NCBI GenBank assembly: GCA_032124375.1
Contig: JAQBDO010000032.1
Location: forward strand, 1 to 24,371
Direction of reading: 5' to 3'
Source: Gammaproteobacteria bacterium
Lineage (GTDB): Bacteria > Pseudomonadota > Gammaproteobacteria > UBA9214
DNA: 24,371 bases
Positions 15,608 through 22,891 of this stretch are shown piece after piece. The position numbers and the translations under genes are program-made. The notes under the pieces were generated by a model. The model was given only the letters and a program-made list of their open reading frames with translations. It searched no databases and was not told where the DNA came from. Within the stretch, counting starts at the first letter, position 1. Each line of letters opens with the position of its first letter.

Positions 15608-15628
15608 CTGTCCGGTTTTTCACTGACA
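15608..15628 (+). promoter_or_regulatory. Partial copy D of the promoter module (upstream box only)
   Basis: CTGTCCG-GTTTTTCA-CTGACA with the same 8-bp T-rich spacer; the downstream CCGGATATCG and -10 parts are not conserved. Confidence 0.5.
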
Positions 15629-15800
15629 GAAACCACCCGCAAGACACTGGTAATATGCGGCGGCAGGGTACGCTTTGACTACATGACTGGTTTTCATTCG
15701 CTAACGGCTTGCCAGGTCAGCAGTCAATGCAAACCGGGAATCACTAACTGCATAACACAACTTTACGTGCCAACACTGCTCCGGCACTCAGGAGGTCACA

Positions 15801-16082
15801 TTGGAAGAACAAATAGGTACGGGCATCGGCATCGTTGCCGGGCTGTTGATTCTGGCGGTATTCGGCGGCATCGTCGGCTGGATCGCCAGCCTGTTGATCA
15901 AGGGCACCGGGCTGGGCCTGGTCGGCGACATCATCCTGGGCATTGTCGGCGCCGTCGTCGGCGGCTGGTTGTTCCAAGCGCTTGGCCTTACCATCGGTGG
16001 CGGCATCATCGGCGCGTTTGTGCCGGCACTGGTGGGTGCTGTCGCGGTGCTGCTCATCGTTAAAGCAATCAAGCGGGCCTGA
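15801..16082 (+). CDS. GlsB/YeaQ/YmgE family (transglycosylase-associated) stress membrane protein
   Basis: AGGAGG at 15790-15795 then TTG; GGIVGWIASLLIKGTGLGLVGDIILGIVGAVVGGWLF...ALVGAVAVLLI signature. Confidence 0.9.
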   Translation: MEEQIGTGIGIVAGLLILAVFGGIVGWIASLLIKGTGLGLVGDIILGIVGAVVGGWLFQALGLTIGGGIIGAFVPALVGAVAVLLIVKAIKRA

Positions 16083-16085
16083 TAC

Positions 16086-16688
16086 ATGAACGGTTGGGCA
16101 TGCACACGGCTCAGCTTGCTGCTGGTGATACTCGCAGTCATCACCGCCTGCTCGGTAAAGCCGTATGATACTGCTCAGCCCGGGACAACAGACCCGGAGC
16201 AGCCGAACGCCCGGTCCGCGCTGGCAGGCACGGAATGGCAGCTGGTCGAGATTTTGTCGATGGACGACCAGGTGTATGCACCGGAGGACCGCTCCCTCTA
16301 CACCCTCATGTTCAGCGCCGACGGTTCAATGCGGGTGCGCGCAGACTGCAACCTCGGCACCGGGACCTGGACATCGGAATCCACCGGGCGACTGCAGTTT
16401 GGCCGGATTGCGGCCACGCAGGCCCTGTGTCCGCCCGACTCCCTGCATGACCGCTACATGGGGCAGTTCCCGTGGGTCAGAAGCTATGTCATGAAGGACG
16501 GGCGGCTGTTCCTTGCCACGATGGCAGACGGCTCGATTATTGAATTCGAGCCAAAACGAGCCAATACAAGAGAAATAAACGCTCAGGGTAATGTCTGGCG
16601 CGGGACCTGCCGCGACTCCGGTGGCAATACGAAAGCATTCGGGATCAATGTCGACCCGGTGTGGACACCGTCGAAATCCCCGACCTGA
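16086..16688 (+). CDS. META-domain (HslJ-like) lipoprotein
   Basis: Lipobox VITA-C; LAGTEWQLVEI...DCNLGTGTW...FGRIAATQALC...DGRLFL; starts 3 nt after the GlsB-family stop. Confidence 0.88.
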   Translation: MNGWACTRLSLLLVILAVITACSVKPYDTAQPGTTDPEQPNARSALAGTEWQLVEILSMDDQVYAPEDRSLYTLMFSADGSMRVRADCNLGTGTWTSESTGRLQFGRIAATQALCPPDSLHDRYMGQFPWVRSYVMKDGRLFLATMADGSIIEFEPKRANTREINAQGNVWRGTCRDSGGNTKAFGINVDPVWTPSKSPT

Positions 16689-16800
16689 GGCGAGCCCATC
16701 TCAAAATACGATTCTGCAGGAATACGCAGAGCCCCATGCCCTGCTCCGTACTCATGTGCCGCTATGAATAAGCCTCGGCACAACAAGCATATTTCTTCAA

Positions 16801-16948
16801 GAGCACGAAGTGACGAAGCAATCTGTAACTCATTGATTCACGATTACGAGATTGCTTCGCTACGCTCGCAATGACGGGATGCCTGAATTAATCAGAGTTT
16901 CCTCAATTTACTGGATTCCGGCGCTACGCAATGCCCCGGCAGGAATGA
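16801..16948. repeat. Left-truncated nested REP/MITE remnant
   Basis: Perfect 11-bp IR CGAAGCAATCT (16814-16824) / AGATTGCTTCG (16849-16859), then CGCAATGAC, a TIR-like ATTAATCAGAGTTTCC (16887-16902; 13/16 to the 3770 TIR), then the right REP arm CTGGATTCCGGC (16911-). Confidence 0.7.
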
Positions 16949-17101
16949 GGATTTAACCAAAGACTACTTGAATGAATGCGGCCCATAACTTGCCGGTTCG
17001 ATGTTGCTCCGGGATTCTTGTTCAGGATGCGGGATGGAAGTAGTCTACACAGAATCAGCAACCATCGGGATGCCAGCCAGGCAAGACTGTTGATTCCGGT
17101 C

Positions 17102-17515
17102 ATGGAGAAGGCATTATCACCCGCGGACGAACAGCATCTTGAACCACTGCCTTCTCCAGTCCCGGCTGCACACATCGTGTACGGTTTACATGCATTTGCC
17201 ATCGGGCTGGGTATCGTGGGGGCTTCAACGATAATTGGCGGTTTTGTCGGAAGCGTGCCATCGATCATCGCCGTCATTATCAATTACGTGAAACGCGCGG
17301 ATGCACGCGGCAGCTGGGCGGAGTCACATTATCGCTGGCAGATTCGTACCTTCTGGTTTGCACTGTTGTGGCTGCTCATTGCAGTGCTTCTGATCGTGAC
17401 CGTGATCGGCGCACCAGTCGGACTGGGACTGCTGCTGGCATTGACCCTCTGGCTGGTCTACCGCATTGCACGCGGCTGGCTGCGGCTCCTCGACAGGCAA
17501 CCCATGTACGTATGA
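17102..17515 (+). CDS. DUF4870-like small membrane protein
   Basis: AHIVYGLHAF...SIIAVIINYVKRADARGSWAESHYRWQIRTFW...WLVYRIARGWLRL pattern; ATG 17102 preferred over 16976. Confidence 0.85.
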   Translation: MEKALSPADEQHLEPLPSPVPAAHIVYGLHAFAIGLGIVGASTIIGGFVGSVPSIIAVIINYVKRADARGSWAESHYRWQIRTFWFALLWLLIAVLLIVTVIGAPVGLGLLLALTLWLVYRIARGWLRLLDRQPMYV

Positions 17516-17537
17516 TCGCGACCTGGTTATGCCAGGA

Positions 17538-19061
17538 TTATTCGCTCCGGGGTTCGAGCACAAAGCCGGTGTCATAGGAGTACGGCCCGGAGAACAGCCG
17601 AGTCCCCGCGGGAGCCGGTTCCATCGACAGCCGTTCCTGTTCGACGTACTTCTCGCCATCGAATGCATGTCGGACGTAGGAAGGCGCGACGCCGCCACCG
17701 GATTCCAGCCGGACAAGATCATGCCAGCCGCCAGTCATCCGGGGCGAGACAATCAAGGGCAGGCGACTCCTCGGGAAGGTGCTGATCAACGAGTAGCCCT
17801 CTCCGGTGTCGCTGAACAGTTGCAGGTCGCAGCCACCCGTGCCACAGAACATGGAGCCCATGAGCAGGGCGACGACCTCCGTTCGACCGTCTGCATTGAG
17901 ATCGAACCGCCCGTACACGTAACGCCCCTCTCTTCCGGTGATGTCGACGGCCTCGCGCGTGTAGTCAGGCTCCACCGCCCGCAGCGCGTCCTCGAGCACC
18001 GGGTCGGGAGCCGATGCAAACCCGGCTTCGCCAGCGTCCCCGGGCAAGGGTTCCCATGAATAGATGCCGCCATCGGCCATCAGGCTGAGGTGGAGTTGTC
18101 CGTCCCTCAGGAGGTAACCGCGAACCTGGCTGGCATCCCGTGCGATCCGCTCGTCCATGCCGGGTGGCGGACAAAGCGCCCTGGTAGTCGCCAGTGGACC
18201 GAAGGTGAAGGTGCCACTCTTGCCGTCACTTGCCGGCACGAATGACCAGGTCCCGGTCGCGCGATTGCAGTTGAGCTGCATCTGGACAGAGCCATCCGCG
18301 TTGAGTGTCATGGTGTATACTGACGGGTCTTCGGGTTCGATCTCGCCGGTTGCATCGTCCATCGACTGGAACCGCACCAGGCGCCATTGCGTCCCCTTGA
18401 GAAAGTCCGACGTCGCCTCTTTGGCCACACCTGCTGCCTCTGCCTCTGTGCGCTCCCAGAATGGTGTCCCGAATGCCTGTGCTTCCTCTTCACTTCCCGC
18501 TGCGTAGAAATCGTGCAGCGTGTCGTTGGTGAAATACCTCCAGAAAGCGTCTTCGAAGTCCTTGCGGTGAATCTTGAAGTCACCGGCAGCCTGCCGCGCC
18601 TCGAGATACTGACGGTAGGCATCGAGCGGCTCGGGGCCGAACTGCTGGAAGATGATGCGCCCACCGTACTGCCGGTAGAGTGAGCGGTTCAGCTTCCATT
18701 GACGAATCATCGAACGCGCCATATCACGGCGCATCTGCCTGACCTGCACGGCCTCCTCGGGCGTCAGGTCGTCTTCGGCTGCAAGACCCTCGGCACGCAT
18801 GCCGCGTTGCATCGTTTCGACGAAAGCGTCGATTTCGTTATCCGTGACCTCGATACCCTGCCCTTCTGCATAGCGATTGAAAAGGCGGTCTAACAGGATT
18901 TCCTGCATTTCACCGGGATCACTGCTACGGACCTCCTCGCCAAGCACGGTCGCGGCGAGGGGAACTGGCGGCTCGCCGGTTCGTGACTCCGGGGAACCGC
19001 TGGAGACGATCGGAAGCAGGATGCAAACAAGAACAAGCGTGGCGCGTAAGCTGAAAATCAT
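17538..19061 (-). CDS. Secreted three-domain protein: SurA_N-like helical domain + META domain + DLNxDG/CGTGGC domain
   Basis: GGAG RBS then ATG 19061 and a signal peptide; GIEVTDNEIDAF (SurA_N-like); META domain clearly paralogous to 16086-16688; C-domain FDLNADGRTEVV...FCGTGGC. Confidence 0.8.
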   Translation of the reverse strand: MIFSLRATLVLVCILLPIVSSGSPESRTGEPPVPLAATVLGEEVRSSDPGEMQEILLDRLFNRYAEGQGIEVTDNEIDAFVETMQRGMRAEGLAAEDDLTPEEAVQVRQMRRDMARSMIRQWKLNRSLYRQYGGRIIFQQFGPEPLDAYRQYLEARQAAGDFKIHRKDFEDAFWRYFTNDTLHDFYAAGSEEEAQAFGTPFWERTEAEAAGVAKEATSDFLKGTQWRLVRFQSMDDATGEIEPEDPSVYTMTLNADGSVQMQLNCNRATGTWSFVPASDGKSGTFTFGPLATTRALCPPPGMDERIARDASQVRGYLLRDGQLHLSLMADGGIYSWEPLPGDAGEAGFASAPDPVLEDALRAVEPDYTREAVDITGREGRYVYGRFDLNADGRTEVVALLMGSMFCGTGGCDLQLFSDTGEGYSLISTFPRSRLPLIVSPRMTGGWHDLVRLESGGGVAPSYVRHAFDGEKYVEQERLSMEPAPAGTRLFSGPYSYDTGFVLEPRSE

Positions 19062-19166
19062 GAGGTTACTCCATGTAGAGATAGTGCTGCGACCTGCCAC
19101 ATTATCGCACCATGTCTACCGGATTGAGAAACTACCGGGGACCATTGCGAAACACGCCCACCGAGG

Positions 19167-19242
19167 AGAAAATGGGGACAGACCACGTTTTATACACTTA
19201 TTACAGAAGATATTCATAGTACGTGGTCTGTCCCCATTTTCT
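19167..19242. repeat. Perfect 22-bp inverted repeat around a 32-bp AT-rich spacer
   Basis: AGAAAATGGGGACAGACCACGT (19167-19188) / ACGTGGTCTGTCCCCATTTTCT (19221-19242); a related single arm at 4068-4089 (18/22). Confidence 0.85.
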
Positions 19243-19343
19243 GATAGCCCTGTCGCCTGCGACTTCGTGACGACAGGTCGTCTCCGCCTCTCCTATACTC
19301 CAGTGCATGAGACACTGGCAGGTCTGATTACCCGGAGAGCGTG

Positions 19344-21002
19344 ATGGATGAAATGACGGTTGGCCGCTACCTGCTGCTGCGGCTTGAGGAGGCTGGCCTG
19401 GGGCACATGTTCGGGGTGCCGGGGGACTATGTGCTGGATTTCATGGACCGGGTGGTGGAAAGCCGTATCCGCCTGGCAGGCACCTGCAACGAGCTCAACG
19501 CGGGCTATGCGGCAGATGCCTATGCCCGGCTCAAGGGTATAGGCGCGGCCTGCGTGACCTATGGCGTGGGAGGGTTGAGCATCCTCAATGCCGCATCCGG
19601 GGCCTATGCAGAGCACGTGCCGGTGGTCTTCATCAGTGGTGCCCCGCGCGCCTCGCAGCGCATCGCCGGGACCCATATGCATCACACCCTCCCCAGCTAC
19701 CAATTGCAGCTGGAGATTTTCGCCAGGGTGACAGTGGACTCTGTGCAGCTCACTAACCCCCATACCGCGCCGGATGAAATCGACAGGGTGCTGGTCAATG
19801 GCCTGAGCGAGCGCCTGCCCGTTTACATCGAGCTGCCCGTGGACATGGTGAATGCCCCTTGTCGCGCCCCGGTGGCGCTCGATTTCCACCGCCCGCACGG
19901 CTCCCATGCGCCGGCCTTGCAGGAGTGCGTGCGCGAGATCGCAGCCATGATCGACGCCGCCCAACGTCCGGTTATCCTGGCCGGAGTGCAGGTCCACCGC
20001 TTCGGCCTGGGCGAGGCCCTGCTCCGCCTGGCCGAGAAGACCGGTATCCCCTATGCCACCACCATCGACGGCAAGTCCGCCCTGCCCGAGAAGCATCCAC
20101 TGTTCATAGGGGTCTACATGGGGGCGCTCAGCCGTGATGCCGTAAACAATCAGGTGGAGAGTTCCGACGGCCTGCTCTGCTTCGGCGCCATGAGCACCGA
20201 CATCAATACCGGCGGATTTACCGCCCGCCTGCCCGAGCGAAACATGGTGCGCGCACACAAGGACCGGGTCAGTATCTCCAGCCACTTCTACGACCGGGTC
20301 TGGATGGGCGATCTGATCGAGGCGCTCACCGCGGGGCTGGGGCAGCACAGCTGCACGGTCGATCACCCCGAGGACCCACATGCGGTCAGGGGCGACTACA
20401 CAGTGGACAGTTCCGCGCCACTGCGGGTCGCGCGCTTCTACGACAGGCTCAACCGGTTTCTCCAGCCGGATCACCTGGTGCTGGCCGAGACCGGGGATGC
20501 CATGTTTGCCGCCAGCGAGCTCTATATCGGCGACCCGGAGGGCTTCATCTCCCAGGCCTACTACGCGTCCATCGGCTATGCCCTGCCGGCGACCCTCAGG
20601 GCCTGCCTGGTACGGCCGGACAAACGGGCAGTACTGCTGCAGGGCTATGGCTCCTTCCAGATGACCGCCCAGGAGCTCTCCACCCTGCTGCGCCAGCACT
20701 GCAACCCGATCATTTTCCTCCTGAACAATGACGGCTACGTGATCGAACGACTCATCCACGACGGCCCCTACAACGACATCCAGCCATGGCGCTACCACGC
20801 GCTGCCGGCAGCGTTCGGCGGCGACGCGCTGAGTCTGGAGGTCAGGACCGAAGGCGAACTGGAAGCCGCCCTGACGGCGGCCGGGGAGAATCCGGACCAA
20901 CTGGTTTTCATCAATGTACACCTGCCGCCCAACGAGGGCTCGGTGGCCATGGAGCGCCTGTGCACCGCGCTCAGGCAGCTCCAGACAGCGAAGGAGAATT
21001 AG
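19344..21002 (+). CDS. TPP-dependent 2-oxoacid decarboxylase (pyruvate / indolepyruvate decarboxylase family), atypical TPP motif
   Basis: FGVPGDY, CNELNAGYAADAYAR, HH pair (HMHHTL), AETGD, NNDGYVIER; TPP motif reads GYGSFQMTAQE instead of GDGSFQ; GGAG RBS at 19334-19337. Confidence 0.93.
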   Translation: MDEMTVGRYLLLRLEEAGLGHMFGVPGDYVLDFMDRVVESRIRLAGTCNELNAGYAADAYARLKGIGAACVTYGVGGLSILNAASGAYAEHVPVVFISGAPRASQRIAGTHMHHTLPSYQLQLEIFARVTVDSVQLTNPHTAPDEIDRVLVNGLSERLPVYIELPVDMVNAPCRAPVALDFHRPHGSHAPALQECVREIAAMIDAAQRPVILAGVQVHRFGLGEALLRLAEKTGIPYATTIDGKSALPEKHPLFIGVYMGALSRDAVNNQVESSDGLLCFGAMSTDINTGGFTARLPERNMVRAHKDRVSISSHFYDRVWMGDLIEALTAGLGQHSCTVDHPEDPHAVRGDYTVDSSAPLRVARFYDRLNRFLQPDHLVLAETGDAMFAASELYIGDPEGFISQAYYASIGYALPATLRACLVRPDKRAVLLQGYGSFQMTAQELSTLLRQHCNPIIFLLNNDGYVIERLIHDGPYNDIQPWRYHALPAAFGGDALSLEVRTEGELEAALTAAGENPDQLVFINVHLPPNEGSVAMERLCTALRQLQTAKEN

Positions 21003-21210
21003 CCCGGCCTGTCCCGGGTCACGCCACTGCACGGTAAAGTGTCAAACCGGCTCTCCGGGTACAGTTCTTCGCCGCGGTGCTGCCGCGGCTGCCGCCGCCA
21101 GGTGGTCGTCCGGGAGGGCGGTCGCTTTTTCCGCTACCCGGCAGTAGACAGCGAGCCATGGAACAGCTAGCGCAACTTGATACAGGTATCATAGCTGAAG
21201 AATCTACTGC

Positions 21211-21350
21211 GACCGGGAAAATGTACTTGCAGCTTTACGACTCACCAACGGCATGATGTCAGGTGAAGATGGTGCCGCTGAACTGCTGGGGATCAAACCA
21301 ACCACATTGCATCACGCATGAAGGCGCTGGGTGTAGAAATACCGAGATAG
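21211..21350 (+). pseudogene. Frameshifted C-terminal Fis-type HTH remnant of a sigma-54 (NtrC/FhlA-like) activator
   Basis: DRENVLAALRLTNGMMSGEDGAAELLGIKPTTL (21211-21309), 1-nt deletion, then SRMKALGVEIPR* (21312-21350); no AAA+ domain upstream. Confidence 0.8.
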
Positions 21351-21658
21351 CAAAAGGAACTGCTACCAATTCAGGTTATCACTAACATTCGCAGCAAACC
21401 AGTTCAATGCACACTCAAATAAACACTTGTCAGAGTGAAAGCTTGGAGATGTCACGATCCGGTCACGTTGAGAAAAAATATTACTGACAAAGATACATAC
21501 TGCATCTACAACTTCCTGATGCTAATCAGAATTATGAGGTGTATGCCGCAACAGCAGGGTACCGCACCGGGGACTTTTTACCGGGCGGGGGACTTTCTGT
21601 AACCGGCCCGTTTGAACATCTGGCAGGGTTTATGCTATTGATAATACTAGACTATTTA

Positions 21659-21734
21659 TGGTGGCCAGGGACAGAATCGAACTGCCGACACGGGGATTTT
21701 CAGTCCCCTGCTCTACCGACTGAGCTACCTGGCC
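21659..21734 (-). tRNA. tRNA-Phe (GAA)
   Basis: Reverse complement GGCCAGGTAGCTCAGTCGGTAGAGCAGGGGACTGAAAATCCCCGTGTCGGCAGTTCGATTCTGTCCCTGGCCACCA: 76 nt, cloverleaf, anticodon GAA, encoded CCA. Confidence 0.98.
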
Positions 21735-21762
21735 GTATTTGGAGTAAAGTGGCGAGCGGTGT

Positions 21763-21791
21763 ATTAAAGCGATTGACCCGCAGGGAGTCAA
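21763..21791 (-). promoter_or_regulatory. Sigma-70 promoter of tRNA-Phe
   Basis: Minus strand TTGACT (21791-21786), 17 bp, TTTAAT (21768-21763), then a GC-rich discriminator-like stretch. Confidence 0.7.
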
Positions 21792-21829
21792 GGCACTGGC
21801 ATTATAAAAGTACTATTCGGGTATAAAAA

Positions 21830-22891
21830 TCAGGATTTTGCGGGTTCGCCGTACTGCTGAAGGTAATATTCCCGGTATTCGCCGCTGCGTACCCGGTCGC
21901 ACCAGTCGCGGTGCCCCAGATACCACTGAATTGTATGCTCGATACCGGACTCGAAATCATGCTGCGGAGACCAGTCCAGTTCGGACTGCATGCGACCGGC
22001 GTCAATGGCATAGCGGCGGTCGTGTCCGGGGCGGTCGGTGACATAGGTGATCTGTGACTTGCAGGATTCCGCACCGGGCTGCAGCTCATCCAGGCGTTCG
22101 CAAATCAGGTTGACGATATCGATGTTATACCACTCATTGATGCCGCCGATGTTGTATACCTCACCGGAGGTACCGCCCTGCAACACGGCTTCGATAGCGC
22201 TGCAATGATCATCAACAAACAACCAGTCGCGAACGTTCTTGCCATCCCCGTAGATCGGGATCGGCTTGCCTTCGAGTGCATTCAGGATCGTCAGCGGAAT
22301 CAGTTTTTCAGGAAACTGGTAGGGACCGTAATTGTTGGAGCAATTGGTCGTCAGCACCGGCATACCATAAGTATGGTGATACGCACGCACTAAATGATCG
22401 GAAGATGCCTTGGATGCGGAGTACGGACTGTTCGGCGCATAGCTATGCCGCTCATCAAAGGCCGGCTCATCCGGCGCCAGACTGCCATAGACCTCATCGG
22501 TTGAGACATGCAGAAAACATTGCCTGTCGTTAAAGTCCGCCCACACCTCGCGCGCGGCCTCCAGCAGCGAAAACGTGCCGACAATATTGGTAGTAATAAA
22601 GGCAGCGGGGCCCAGGATGGAACGGTCCACATGTGATTCGGCGGCAAAATTGACCACTGTGTCGATCTGTTCGTCCACCATCAACTGTTTAACAAACGGC
22701 CGATCGGTTATATCGCCGCGTACAAACCGGTAACCGGGCGCTGCTTCAATAGCGGTCAGGTTTTCCAGGTTACCGGCATAGGTCAGCGCATCCAGATTGA
22801 CGACGCGGTCCTCCGGGTGCCGCTTGATCCAGTAACGCACAAAGTTGGAGCCGATAAATCCGGCCCCACCGGTTACAAGCAGTCTGCGCAT
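21830..22891 (-). CDS. rfbB: dTDP-glucose 4,6-dehydratase (RmlB)
   Basis: LVTGGAGFIGSNF, DALTYAGN, FAAESHVDRSI, HVSTDEVYG, PNSPYSASKA, DRPGHDRRYAID. Confidence 0.97.
   Translation of the reverse strand: MRRLLVTGGAGFIGSNFVRYWIKRHPEDRVVNLDALTYAGNLENLTAIEAAPGYRFVRGDITDRPFVKQLMVDEQIDTVVNFAAESHVDRSILGPAAFITTNIVGTFSLLEAAREVWADFNDRQCFLHVSTDEVYGSLAPDEPAFDERHSYAPNSPYSASKASSDHLVRAYHHTYGMPVLTTNCSNNYGPYQFPEKLIPLTILNALEGKPIPIYGDGKNVRDWLFVDDHCSAIEAVLQGGTSGEVYNIGGINEWYNIDIVNLICERLDELQPGAESCKSQITYVTDRPGHDRRYAIDAGRMQSELDWSPQHDFESGIEHTIQWYLGHRDWCDRVRSGEYREYYLQQYGEPAKS

Noticed and set aside
16583-16786. 67-aa minus-strand ORF that could be a truncated gene remnant next to the repeat deletion
   Set aside because: Overlaps the META gene tail, and I cannot assign a family; BLASTx would be needed.
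19293-21032. 579-aa minus-strand ORF
   Set aside because: Antisense shadow of the decarboxylase, which carries all the family motifs.
21539-21826. 95-aa plus-strand ORF
   Set aside because: Contains the antisense of tRNA-Phe (WWPGTESNCRHGDFQSPALPTELP), a classic spurious tRNA-derived ORF.
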